Origin: a virus
Taxonomy: Duplodnaviria; Heunggongvirae; Uroviricota; Caudoviricetes
IMG/VR virus record: IMGVR_UViG_2879770953_000004
Reading direction: 5' to 3' (one strand)
Length of the DNA stretch: 38,987 nucleotides
This document shows positions 29,016 through 38,987 of this stretch, piece after piece (the first letter of the stretch is position 1; the number at the start of each line of letters is the position of its first letter). A program made the translations under genes and the position numbers. Below the pieces are notes generated by a model, which was given only the letters and a program-made list of their open reading frames with translations, was not told where the DNA came from and made no database searches.

Positions 29016-32000
29016 ATGGGTAAAGGCAGCAGTAAGGGGCATACCCCGCGCGAAGCGAAGGACAACCTGAAATCCACGCAGTTGCTGAGTGTGATTGATG
29101 CCATCAGCGAAGGGCCGGTTGACGGTCCGGTGGATGGATTAAAAAGCGTGCTGCTGAACGGTACGCCGGTCCTGGACAGCGAGGGGAAGACAAACTTTTC
29201 CGGTGTTACGGTGGTGTTCCGCGCCGGCGAGCAGGAGCAGACACCGCCGGAGGGGTTTGAATCTTCCGGCTCAGAGACTGTGCTGGGTACGGAAGTGAAA
29301 TACGACACGCCGATCACCCGGACCATCACGTCGGCAAACATTGATCGTCTGCGCCTGACCTTCGGTGTGCAGGCACTGGTGGAAACCACCTCAAAGGGGA
29401 CCGGAATCCGTCGGAAGTCCGCCTGCTGGTTCAGATACAGCGTAACGGTGGCTGGGTGACGGAAAAAGACATCACCATTAAGGGCAAAACCACTTCGCAG
29501 TATCTGGCCTCGGTGGTGGTGGGTAACCTGCCGCCGCGCCCGTTTAATATCCGGATGCGTAGGATGACACCGGACAGCACCACAGACCAGCTGCAGAACA
29601 AAACGCTCTGGTCGTCGTACACCGAAATCATCGATGTGAAACAGTGCTACCCGAACACGGCGCTGGTCGGCGTGCAGGTGGATTCAGAGCAGTTCGGTAA
29701 CCAGCAGGTGAGTCGCAATTATCATCTTCGCGGGCGCATTCTGCAGGTGCCGTCGAACTATAACCCGCAGACGCGGCAATACAGCGGTATCTGGGACGGA
29801 ACGCTTAAGCCAGCATACAGCAACAACATGGCCTGGTGTCTGTGGGACATGCTCACTCATCCGCGCTAAGGCATGGGGAAACGTCGTGGTGCGGCAGATG
29901 TGGACAAATGGCGCTGTATGTCATCGGCCAGTACTGCGACCAGTCAGTGCCGGACGGATTTGGCGGCACGGAGCCGCGCATCACCTGTAACGCTTACCTG
30001 ACCACACAGCGTAAGGCGTGGGATGTTCTCAGTGATTTCTGCTCGGCGATGCGCTGTATGCCGGTATGGAACGGGCAGACGCTGACGTTCGTGCAGGACC
30101 GACCGTCGGATAAAGTGTGGACCTATAACCGCAGTAATGTGGTGATGCCGGATGATGGCGCGCCGTTCCGCTACAGCTTCAGCGCCCTGAAGGACCGCCA
30201 TAATGTCGTTGAGGTGAACTGGATTGATCCGGACAACGGTCATGAGACGGCGACAGAGCTTGTGGAGGACACGCAGGCCATTGTCCGTTACGGTCGTAAC
30301 GTCACGAAGATGGATGCCTTTGGCTGTACCAGCCGGGGACAGGCGCACCGCGCCGGGCTGTGGCTGATTAAAACGGAACTGCTGGAAACGCAGACCGTGG
30401 ACTTCAGCGTCGGCGCAGAAGGGCTTCGCCATGTACCGGGTGATGTCATTGAAATCTGCGATGATGATTATGCCGGTATCAGCACCGGTGGTCGCGTACT
30501 GGCGGTGAACAGCCAGACCCGGACGCTGACGCTCGACCGTGAAATCACGCTGCCGTCCTCCGGTACCACGCTGATAAGCCTGGTTGACGGAAATGGCAAT
30601 CCGGTCAGCGTGGAGGTTCAGTCCGTCACCGACGGCGTGAAGGTGAAAGTGAGCTGGGTTCCTGACGGCGTTGCAGAATACAGCGTGTGGGGGCTGAAGC
30701 TGCCGACGCTGCGCCAGCGCCTGTTCCGCTGCGTGAGTATCCGTGAGAACGACGACGGCACGTATGCCATCACCGCCGTGCAGCATGTGCCGGAAAAAGA
30801 GGCCATCGTGGATAACGGGGCACACTTTGACGGTGACCGGCGCGGCACGGTGAATGGTGTCACGCCGCCAGCGGTGCAGCATCTGACCGCCGAAGTCACC
30901 GCAGACAGCGGGGAATATCAGGTGCTGGAGCGATGGGACACGCCGAAGGTGGTGAAGGGTGTGAGCTTCCTGCTTCGCCTGACCGTGGCAGCGGACGACG
31001 GCAGTGAGCGGCTGGTCAGCACAGCCAGGACGACGGAAACCACATACCGCTTCAGGCAGCTGGCGCTGGGGAATTACAGTCTGACAGTCCGGGCGGTAAA
31101 TGCCCGGGGGCAGCAGGGCGATCCGGCGTCGGTATCGTTCCGGATTGCGGCACCGGCAGCGCCTGTCACTATTGAACTGATACCGGGGTATTTTCAGATA
31201 ACGGTGGTCCCGAAACTGGCTGTATATGACCCGACGGTGCAGTTTGAGTTCTGGTTTTCGGAAAAGCGGATTGCGGATATCAGGCAGGTTGAAACCAGCG
31301 CCCGCTATCTTGGCACGGCGCTGTACTGGATAGCCGCCAGTATCAATATCAGGCCGGGCCATGATTATTATTTTTACGTTCGCAGTGTGAACACCGTTGG
31401 CAAATCGGCATTTGTGGAGGCCGTCGGTCGGGCGAGCGATTATGCGGAAGGTTATCTGAGTTTTTATAAAGGGTTGATCAATAAAACGCATCTCGGCAAG
31501 GAGTTGTGGACGCAGATTGATAACGGTCAGCTTGCGCCGGACCTGACTGAAATCAGGACGTCCATTACGAATGTCAGCAATGAAATCACGCAAACCGTCA
31601 ATAAAACACTGGAAAATCAGAGTGCTGCAATCCAGCAGATACAGAAAGTTCAGGTTGATACAAATAATAACCTGAACAGCATGTGGGCTGTGAAGCTGCA
31701 ACAGATGAAGGACGGACGCCTTTATATTGCGGGTATCGGTGCCGGTATTGAGAATACGCCAGCAGGAATGCAGAGTCAGGTGCTGCTGGCGGCAGACAGG
31801 ATTGCGATGATTAATCCTGCGAATGGCAACACAAAGCCGATGTTTGTTGGTCAGAGCGATCAGATATTCATGAACGACGTGTTCCTGAAACGCCTGACGG
31901 CTCCGACCATTACCAGCGGCGGTAATCCTCCGGCATTTTCCCTGACACCTGGCGGACGGCTGACGGCGAAAAATGCCGATATCAGCGGTAACGTGAACGC

Positions 32001-32493
32001 GAACTCCGGGACGCTCAACAACGTCACGATTAATAAGAACTGTCGGGTTCTGGGAAAATTGTCCGCGAACCAGATTGAAGGCGATCTCGTTAAAACAGTG
32101 GGCAAACCTTTCCCACGGGACTCCCGGGCACCGGAGAGGTGGCCATCAGGGACCATTACCGTCAGGGTTTATGACGATCAGCCGTTTGATCGGCAAATTG
32201 TTATTCCCGCGGTGGCGTTTCGCGGTGCTAAACATGAGCGGAAGAATAACAATATTTATTCGTCATGCCGCCTGATAGTGAAGAAAAACGGTGCTGAAAT
32301 TTATAACCGAACGACCCTGGATAATACGCTGATATATACGGGTGTTATTGATATGCCTGCCGGTCACGGTCACATGACGCTGGAGTTTTCTGTATCGGCA
32401 TGGCTGGTAAATGGCTGGTATCCCACAGCAAGTATCAGCGATTTGCTGGTTGTTGTGATGAAGAAAGCCACTGCAGGCATCACGATTAGCTGA
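29016..32493 (+). pseudogene. J: Lambda J-like central tail fibre/host-specificity protein with two frameshifts and one nonsense codon
   Basis: Collinear with lambda gpJ. Frameshift at the G4 run 29396-29399, TAA at 29867-29869 where lambda has Tyr, and a frameshift at ~29909-29911. The C-terminal ~350 aa diverge from lambda. Confidence 0.85.
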
Positions 32494-32512
32494 ATTTTAT
32501 AACCCAGATACG

Positions 32513-32536
32513 GGCACCAGAAATGGTGCCTTTTTT
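32513..32536 (+). terminator. Rho-independent terminator after J
   Basis: GGCACC-AGAAAT-GGTGCC followed by T6. Confidence 0.6.
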
Positions 32537-32560
32537 ATTGCAGAAAAGCGAGAGGTAATT

Positions 32561-33160
32561 ATGCGTAAAGTTTGTGCAGCCATTTTGTCCGCAGCCATCT
32601 GTCTGGCTGTATCCGGTGCGCCTGCATGGGCGTCTGAACATCAGTCCACGCTGAGCGCCGGGTATCTTCAGCCCCATACTGATATGCCAGGCAGCGATGA
32701 CCTGAAGGGCATTAACGTGAAATACCGTTATGAGTTTACGGACACGCTGGGGCTGGTGACGTCATTCAGCTATGCCAACGCTGAAGATGAGCAAAAAACG
32801 CATTACAGCGATACCCGCTGGCATGAGGATTCCGTGCGTAACCGCTGGTTCAGCGTGATGGCGGGGCCGTCTGTGCGCGTGAATGAATGGTTCAGCGCGT
32901 ATGCGATGGCGGGCGTGGCTTACAGCCGTGTGTCGACCTTCTCCGGGGATTATCTCCGCGTAACTGATAACAAGGGGAAAACGCACGATGTGCTGACCGG
33001 GAGTGATGACAACCGCCACAGCAACACGTCTCTGGCGTGGGGGGCTGGCGTGCAGTTTAACCCGACCGAATCCGTGGCCATTGACCTTGCTTATGAAGGT
33101 TCCGGCAGTGGCGACTGGCGCACTGACGGTTTCATTGTGGGTGTCGGTTATAAGTTCTGA
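32561..33160 (+). CDS. lom: Lom/Ail-family outer membrane beta-barrel protein
   Basis: Signal peptide MRKVCAAILSAAICLAVSGAPAWA, alternating beta-strand pattern, C-terminal ...GVGYKF. Position after J as in lambda. Confidence 0.85.
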   Translation: MRKVCAAILSAAICLAVSGAPAWASEHQSTLSAGYLQPHTDMPGSDDLKGINVKYRYEFTDTLGLVTSFSYANAEDEQKTHYSDTRWHEDSVRNRWFSVMAGPSVRVNEWFSAYAMAGVAYSRVSTFSGDYLRVTDNKGKTHDVLTGSDDNRHSNTSLAWGAGVQFNPTESVAIDLAYEGSGSGDWRTDGFIVGVGYKF

Positions 33161-33186
33161 TTAGCCAGGTAACACAGTGTTATGAC

Positions 33187-33212
33187 AGCCCGCTGGTTCA
33201 GGCGGGCTTTTT
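33187..33212 (+). terminator. Rho-independent terminator after lom
   Basis: AGCCCGC-8 nt loop-GCGGGCT followed by TTTTT. Confidence 0.6.
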
Positions 33213-33223
33213 GTGGGGTGAAT

Positions 33224-34276
33224 ATGGCAGTAAAGATTTCAGGTGTACTGAAAGATGGGGCGGGTAAACCTGTCGTAAATTGTGCGATTGAACTGCGGGC
33301 CAGAAGAACCAGTCCGACCGTTGTGGCACACGTTGTTGCCACTTGCGTGACGGACAATAACGGTGCTTATGTGATTGAGGCTGAGCCGGGGTATTACGAG
33401 GTTGCGCTTCACTGTAACGGCTGGCAGCCAACCCGTGTCGGGGATATTGATGTGGCACCGACTGATGCACCGGGGACACTGAACGCGTTTCTGAATGCAC
33501 CAAAGGATGGTGATTTACGTCCGGAGGTGATGAAGCGCTTTGAGGAAATGGTGGCGCAGGCGCAGCAGAGTGCCGGGGCTGCAGCCGGAAACGCACAGCA
33601 GACGGCGCAGGATGTGGCGGCAGCCGCAACGGCCCGTGATGATGCACAACGTTTTGCGGAGAAAGCCCGACAGGATGCAACCGTCACAGCTGAGGACAGA
33701 AAGGCCACTGCGGAAGATGTGACAAGCACAGGAGCAAATGCAGCCGCAGCCGGACAGAGCGCACAGGATGCCGCAGGTTATGCCCGCGCAGCAGAACAGG
33801 CCAAAAATGACATTGATGCTGCGCTGACCGGCACCCTGAAAACGGCTAACCATCTGTCTGAAATCGCAGCAGCAGGCGAAAAGGCACAACAGAAGTCCCG
33901 GGATAATCTGGGGCTGAAAAGTGCGGCCACGATGGAAGCACAGAGCGACATTTACGACCGGACAAAAGGCCGTCTGGCGATACCCGGCGCATTCGGCTTT
34001 GGGTGTGCTTTTCTGCCTGAAGATGTTATCCGTTTTGACACTAAGAGTGATTTCCTGGCCTGGGTAAGGAATGCGCTGCCAGGTGAATATTCCGTTGCTG
34101 GCCCTTACGGCATCATCATACCCGACACACGGTTTGAAGGGGTGCTCAGCATCCGGTGGACTGATGCACGCCCTGAGACAACAGAACCGCGGTACAGAGC
34201 CAAATCCCTTACTTTTTACGGCATTAACGGCCCATTTATCATACCCGCTACTGCTACTGGCCCATATCCAGACTGA
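33224..34276 (+). CDS. stf: Side tail fibre protein (Stf N-terminal homologue), C-terminus probably disrupted
   Basis: MAVKISGVLKDGAGKPVVNCAIELRARR... matches the lambda Stf N-terminus, followed by an Ala/Gln-rich shaft. The reading frame ends at 34276 while related sequence seems to continue in other frames. Confidence 0.7.
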   Translation: MAVKISGVLKDGAGKPVVNCAIELRARRTSPTVVAHVVATCVTDNNGAYVIEAEPGYYEVALHCNGWQPTRVGDIDVAPTDAPGTLNAFLNAPKDGDLRPEVMKRFEEMVAQAQQSAGAAAGNAQQTAQDVAAAATARDDAQRFAEKARQDATVTAEDRKATAEDVTSTGANAAAAGQSAQDAAGYARAAEQAKNDIDAALTGTLKTANHLSEIAAAGEKAQQKSRDNLGLKSAATMEAQSDIYDRTKGRLAIPGAFGFGCAFLPEDVIRFDTKSDFLAWVRNALPGEYSVAGPYGIIIPDTRFEGVLSIRWTDARPETTEPRYRAKSLTFYGINGPFIIPATATGPYPD

Positions 34277-34284
34277 CTGGCTGG

Positions 34285-34509
34285 GTGAAAATAAATATAA
34301 CCACAGAAGATATTATTTACAGAATCGTGGCGAGCTCTGTCCGCAACAGATGGGGAGACCCTGACATTGGCGGGCTGATTATTGCTGCGTACCAGGGAGA
34401 AGCTGACGGTGATAAAGTCATCAGACTTGTCAGGGGCAGTCATACAGAGGCTCACGACTGGGACCGGTGGGGATTTCAGTGCCCAGTACTCCCACCGGAA
34501 CGTATATAG
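34285..34509 (+). other. Orphan 74-aa frame directly after stf, possibly a displaced fibre C-terminal fragment
   Basis: No RBS. Abuts the stf stop in a different frame, and a third frame spans the junction (..DWLGENK..). Confidence 0.25.
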
Positions 34510-34647
34510 CATCCCCACAATTTTTCATTACGGGATGTTCAGAGCATTCATTACCGGGGTCATATTGCGCCCTGTCCGGGGTGCCGGATGCACATGTCTC
34601 TGGCGCAATGCCCGGGCTTTTTATTCGCACATCGTGAGGAATGCACC

Positions 34648-35211
34648 GTGGAAATTAAAAAAATCATTAATCCCCGTTATACCGAAAGTGGCGCAGTAGA
34701 CTGTGACGTTTTTTTTGACGACAGGGACCAGGCAGTCCCCTACACAGCCACCGCTGATGATGTCGCACCGACGGGTCAGCAAATCTGGCAGGAACTGCAA
34801 AGTGGCAAATGGGGTGAGATAGCACCATTCACTGTGACACCAGAAATGCTGGAAGCGGCCAGAGAGGCCAGACGTCAGGAAATTGAAGCATGGCGCACAG
34901 AACAGGAGGCGAAGCCGTTCACGTTTGCATGGAACGGTCGCACGTGGAACGCTGACTCCTCGTCAGTGGCCCGCCTGTCCCCGGTGGTCATGCTGGCAAA
35001 ATCTGTCGCGGCACAAACACATATGGTGTGGAGTGATGCGGATAATCAGCAGGTGAAACTGTCGATGCCGGAACTGGAAGAACTGGCGGCAGCAATGGTG
35101 CAGGCGCAGGTCGATCGCAACGATGAGATTTATCGCCGTCAGCGTGAAATGAAAGAGGAGCTGAGCAGTCTGGATGATTTGGCTTCAATTCGGGCGTTTG
35201 ACGTTGAGTAA
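34648..35211 (+). CDS. DUF4376-like protein (tail-fibre-associated), GTG start
   Basis: TGAGGA RBS then GTG. The pattern ...FAWNGRTWNADSSSVARLS....VWSDADNQQVKLSMPELEELAAAMVQAQVDRNDEIY... resembles the DUF4376 domain found next to prophage fibre genes. Confidence 0.5.
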   Translation: MEIKKIINPRYTESGAVDCDVFFDDRDQAVPYTATADDVAPTGQQIWQELQSGKWGEIAPFTVTPEMLEAAREARRQEIEAWRTEQEAKPFTFAWNGRTWNADSSSVARLSPVVMLAKSVAAQTHMVWSDADNQQVKLSMPELEELAAAMVQAQVDRNDEIYRRQREMKEELSSLDDLASIRAFDVE

Positions 35212-35326
35212 TGAATAAGCCGCAACTGGCGGAATCACAGAAGACCGCTTTGCTTACCGAAGCGGAGTCTGTCATCCGGCAGCCGGGGCGTGCTGTCAGG
35301 CTGAACAGGGAAACGGATGAATCAGG

Positions 35327-35355
35327 GGAGGCCCGGGGGCGGGCCTCCGTTTTTC
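35327..35355 (+). terminator. Rho-independent terminator
   Basis: GGAGGCCC-GGGG-CGGGCCTCC followed by GTTTTT. Confidence 0.6.
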
Positions 35356-35390
35356 CGGAGTCAGTCCGGTCTGTGGTTTATGCGATGTGA

Positions 35391-37142
35391 TTATGAATGG
35401 TGCAGTTGTGAGCCGTTTTCAGACAATCGCAGGGCCAGTACCTCGTCAGTCAGCTGACGGTAAATCTGCTGTTCAGTCTCACGCATCACCTGTGCACCGG
35501 CTTCCCTCTCCGCATCCGCATCACCGCTCAGACCGGATGCTTTCAGCCGGTCAGCCACCCTCTGAGGGTACTCATTCTCCAGCATCTCATATTTCTGCTC
35601 TTCTGCCAGCGCCCAGCGGTCAGCTTCCGTACGCTTCAGTACAGCATGCCATGGTCCCCAGAGGGAGAACCAGTCCGTAAATTCATTCTCTTCACGGCTT
35701 CTGACCATGGCTTCGGCAGTGCGGAGGTCATTTGCTGTCACTCCCGACACGCCATAGAAACGCATTTCCTTCACGGCAGTGGAGAGCTGAAGTTTCTCTG
35801 CGAGCATGGTCTGGAAGGCCAGGTAGACTTCTATCTCATCCACAAAATGGAGAGTTCTGACTTTATCCCGGGCAATATCCTCCAGAATTTCGAGGCGGAA
35901 CATTTCCCTGCCCAGGGAGAGCAGAGCGCCGGTATCATTATCGAAAAGGCCTTCTGATGCCTGATGGACCAGGAGGGTTTTCCGGAGATTGTTCCATGTG
36001 AGCGCGACACGGTCCTCACAGCTTTCAGTGGCATCAGCAGCAACAGCGAAAGACTGCTGTCGAAGCTCCGCAGAGGCACTGAGTTTTTCCAGCCATGCAG
36101 CGACCTGTTCACGGAATCCGGAGGTATTGCGTGCAGAGACGGTATCGGAAAGGCGGTCAAGGAACGCGGAAAAGGTGTTGGCGTGCTCTTCATGTTCAAA
36201 AGCATGCCATATCTGTGATACATCAGATTGTTTGTTTTCCGGGAACCATGCTGTCACGGCATCAGCCAGGGGGCGATGGAGTGTATTCTGTTGTCTGTCA
36301 CTCATGGAGAAGTAAATCTGCGGGCCGTGGTAGTCCGGCGAAGATGTTAATCTTTGCAGGGATTGCAGAGCATGGGATGACAATGGGTTATCACTAATAT
36401 CTATTGAACATTCATTCCTCAGATTAAGAATGCTTTCCGGGATATGACTTATCTGATTTATGTCAAAATAACCGTTCCTTAAATTTTCCGGCAGGTATGG
36501 AATATCGGTTAACATATTGTCGATTGCCCATATGGAGTGAATGTTGTGAGGTAGAGGGGGGAGTTCACTAAGAAGATTCCCTATTGCGCTAATCTCTTGT
36601 AAAGAAAATGGTAAAGGTGGTAAAACTGCCAGCCCATTACATGATACATCTAATGTTTCCAGTAGTTCTGGTAAAACAGGAAGAGAACATAATTGATTAT
36701 TTGAGACATGAAGCTCCTTCAAAGATATGGGGAGTGTGGGTAGTGTGATTAGTTGATTGTGGGACGCATTCAATAATTTAAGTCCTTGAGGCAAAGCAGG
36801 CAGTTCAATAAGTCTGTTATAGCTGACATTAAGTTGTGTAAGGGACGCAGGCAATGGGGAGATTAAGCTTAAATTATTTTTACTTATATTAATTGATTTA
36901 ATTCCCGGGGGGATTTCAGGTAATGTTGTCAGGCCTAATTCAGACAAGTCCAGGTTCGTCTCTTGGTTTTGTAGACATGATACTAGTCGCTGAAAAGCGA
37001 TGTCTCGTTGTTCTTCTTGTATGCGGTTGTTTTTCCATTCAGTCCAATGGGTTAGATAATTTTCATATGCGCGGCTAGTGTCGATTGAATAAGTGGAGAA
37101 CGAATTTGAAATTAATCTGTGATTGTTATTTGTCGGGAGCAT
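35391..37142 (-). CDS. ipaH: IpaH-family type III secreted effector (N-terminal LRR domain + C-terminal NEL E3 ubiquitin ligase)
   Basis: 583 aa, MLPTNNNHRLISNSF... LRR repeats (LxxLPxLPxxLxxLxxxxNxL). The conserved C-terminal domain has the catalytic Cys motif ATESCEDRVALTW and ends ...LRLSENGSQLHHS. Confidence 0.95.
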   Translation of the reverse strand: MLPTNNNHRLISNSFSTYSIDTSRAYENYLTHWTEWKNNRIQEEQRDIAFQRLVSCLQNQETNLDLSELGLTTLPEIPPGIKSINISKNNLSLISPLPASLTQLNVSYNRLIELPALPQGLKLLNASHNQLITLPTLPISLKELHVSNNQLCSLPVLPELLETLDVSCNGLAVLPPLPFSLQEISAIGNLLSELPPLPHNIHSIWAIDNMLTDIPYLPENLRNGYFDINQISHIPESILNLRNECSIDISDNPLSSHALQSLQRLTSSPDYHGPQIYFSMSDRQQNTLHRPLADAVTAWFPENKQSDVSQIWHAFEHEEHANTFSAFLDRLSDTVSARNTSGFREQVAAWLEKLSASAELRQQSFAVAADATESCEDRVALTWNNLRKTLLVHQASEGLFDNDTGALLSLGREMFRLEILEDIARDKVRTLHFVDEIEVYLAFQTMLAEKLQLSTAVKEMRFYGVSGVTANDLRTAEAMVRSREENEFTDWFSLWGPWHAVLKRTEADRWALAEEQKYEMLENEYPQRVADRLKASGLSGDADAEREAGAQVMRETEQQIYRQLTDEVLALRLSENGSQLHHS

Positions 37143-37337
37143 AAATATCAGGGCGTATTCTTTATGTTGAGAGGTGTTGGATTCTTTTTTATCTGCTTTG
37201 CAATGTTATTGGTTCCCTTCAGCAGTAGACAGGAACTTCTGGAGGAGGCGGATATATAGTTTGTGTAAGCATATTAACTCCATATGTTATATATTGAAGA
37301 ACTTCTGCTTTACACTATCCTAAACTGGATCGGTTTA

Positions 37338-37354
37338 ATGTAAAAAAACGATAC
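37338..37354 (-). promoter_or_regulatory. MxiE box upstream of ipaH
   Basis: The minus strand reads GTATCGTTTTTTTACAT. This matches 16 of 17 positions of the consensus GTATCGTTTTTTTANAG and lies ~200 nt upstream of the ATG. Confidence 0.75.
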
Positions 37355-37758
37355 TTTTTGGGGGAGGGGGCAATTTTTCCTTAAGGTATGAAAAAAGGAG
37401 CTGAAGCTATATAATAGCTATTAATGCCACTGGTATCAGTGAATCATGTATATAAAAAACTGTGTTAAGGAGGCTGTCCATTAGCGGTTTTTTATTCTTC
37501 TGGAACCGCGGCATCTTTGCGTATCTTTTTGTCTTCTCACCGTCTGGTCGGTGTTTTGCTGAGACTGCTAATTTCCTGTCTTTGCTAGTGCTGTACTGGT
37601 ACTGCCCAATCATGATTGGCGGGGGCGGGCGGAGTTGAGACCGCAGACACGTCGTATGCAAGAACGTGCTGCGGCTGGCTGGTGAACTTCCGATAGTGCG
37701 AGTATTGAATGATTTCCAGCCGTTACTGATTTTACGTGCTAATTAGTTGGATTTGCCC

Positions 37759-38664
37759 CTATATTTCCAGACATCTGTTATCACTTAACCCATTACAAGC
37801 CCGCTGCCGCAGATATTCCCGTGGCGAGCGATAACCCAGCGCACTATGCGGATGCCATTCGTTATAATGCTCGAACGCCTCTGCAAGGTTCTTTGCTGCC
37901 GTTAACCCGTCTGGTTTGGGCATGATACTGATGTAGTCACGCTTTATCGTTTTCACGAAGCTCTCTGCTATTCCGTTACTCTCCGGACTCCGCACCGCCG
38001 TGTTCTTCGGTTCAAGTCCCAACATCCGGGCGAACTGGCGTGTTTCATTAGCCCGGTAGCATGAACCATTATCCGTCAGCCACTCCACTGGAGACGACGG
38101 AAGATCGTTGCCGAAGCGGCGTTCCACCGCTCCCAGCATGACGTCCTGTACTGTTTCACTGTTGAAGCCGCCGGTAGTCACCGCCCAGTGCAGTGCCTCA
38201 CGATCACAGCAGTCCAGCGCGAACGTGACACGCAATCTCTCTCCGTTATCACAGCAGAACTCGAACCCGTCAGAGCACCATCGCTGATTGCTTTCTTTCA
38301 CGGCCACTCTGCCTGTATGTGCCCGTTTCGATGGCGGTACAGCAGGTTTTCGCTCAAGCAACAGCGCATTCTGGCGCATGATCCGGTAAACACGTTTGGC
38401 ATTGATCGCAGGCATACCATCAAGTTCTGCCTGTCTGCGAAGCAGCGCCCATACCCGACGATAACCATACGTGGGCAGCTCTCCGATAACATGGTGTATA
38501 CGGAGAAGCACATCCGTATCATCAGTGTGACGACTGCGGCGGCCATCCATCCAGTCATCGGTTCGTCTGAGAATGACGTGCAACTGCGCACGCGACACCC
38601 GGAGACAACGGCTGACTAAGCTTACTCCCCATCCCCGGGCAATAAGGGCGCGTGCGCTATCCAC
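37759..38664 (-). CDS. insD: IS2 OrfB (InsD) transposase, copy B
   Basis: Protein identical to copy A. Confidence 0.95.
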
Positions 38665-38987
38665 TTTTTTGCCCGTCCATATTCAACGGCTTCTTTGAGG
38701 AGTTCATTTTCCATCGTTTTCTTGCCGAGCAGGCGCTGGAGTTCTTTAATCTGCTTCATGGCGGCAGCAAGTTCAGAGGCAGGAACAACCTGTTCTCCGG
38801 CGGCCACAGCAGTAAGACTTCCTTCCTGGTATTGCTTACGCCAGAGAAATAACTGGCTGGCTGCTACACCATGTTGCCGGGCAACGAGGGAGACCGTCAT
38901 CCCCGGTTCAAAGCTCTGCTGAACAATTGCGATCTTTTCCTGTGTGGTACGCCGTCTGCGTTTCTCCGGCCCTAAGACATCAATCAT
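38622..38987 (-). CDS. insC: IS2 OrfA (InsC), copy B
   Basis: [13 protein letters not shown]... (121 aa). The start codon is at the last bases of the window. Confidence 0.95.

Larger units (their letters stand above)
37748..38987 (-). mobile_element. IS2 copy B (cut by the window edge), same orientation as copy A
   Basis: Starts with TGGATTTGCCCC at 37748. By eye it is identical to copy A except 38225 A vs 12196 G, a synonymous Leu codon change. Confidence 0.95.

Noticed and set aside
29944-31701. 585-aa ORF antisense to J
   Set aside because: It lies entirely inside, and opposite to, a gene with clear lambda gpJ homology. It is Arg/Pro/His-rich, a composition typical of antisense frames in GC-rich coding DNA, and has no RBS.
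37407-37661. 84-aa ORF between ipaH and IS2
   Set aside because: It has no RBS and the sequence is low-complexity. It sits in what looks like the ipaH regulatory region or leftover phage b-region DNA.

Overview
The window looks like a Shigella/EIEC-type chromosomal accessory region built on a disrupted yecE locus, with three compositional blocks. (i) 1 to ~13.87 kb is a visibly AT-rich, phage-like island made mostly of orphan genes. It carries a tape-measure protein, an HNH-like ORF, about 2.4 kb with no credible ORF, and an IS911 insertion. It ends in a large serine recombinase gene that is split by IS2, with an intact 5-bp TTGAC target duplication. (ii) ~13.87-14.28 kb is an internal fragment of yecE. 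(iii) ~14.28-37.7 kb is a heavily decayed lambdoid prophage. Its integrase has a premature stop and its early region is replaced by IS600. It retains a Q-like antiterminator and four tRNA genes, while an IS110-family element replaces the lysis/terminase/head region. The tail block is lambda-collinear (FI-FII-Z-U-V-G/T-H-M-L-K-I-J-lom-stf) and has at least 7 frameshifts and 1 nonsense codon. An intact ipaH (LRR-NEL E3 ligase effector) preceded by a MxiE box sits at the right end as cargo. A second, near-identical IS2 copy then runs off the window. No rRNA genes or CRISPR arrays were seen. The least explained, most novel-looking part is the AT-rich island. Its unexplained features are a lone tape-measure module, a long ORF-free segment with a divergent promoter pair and short repeats, a C-rich/G-poor repeat tract, and two paralogous inverted-repeat leader cassettes. 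All homology calls come from reading the translations and from memory of reference proteins. No database search was run.
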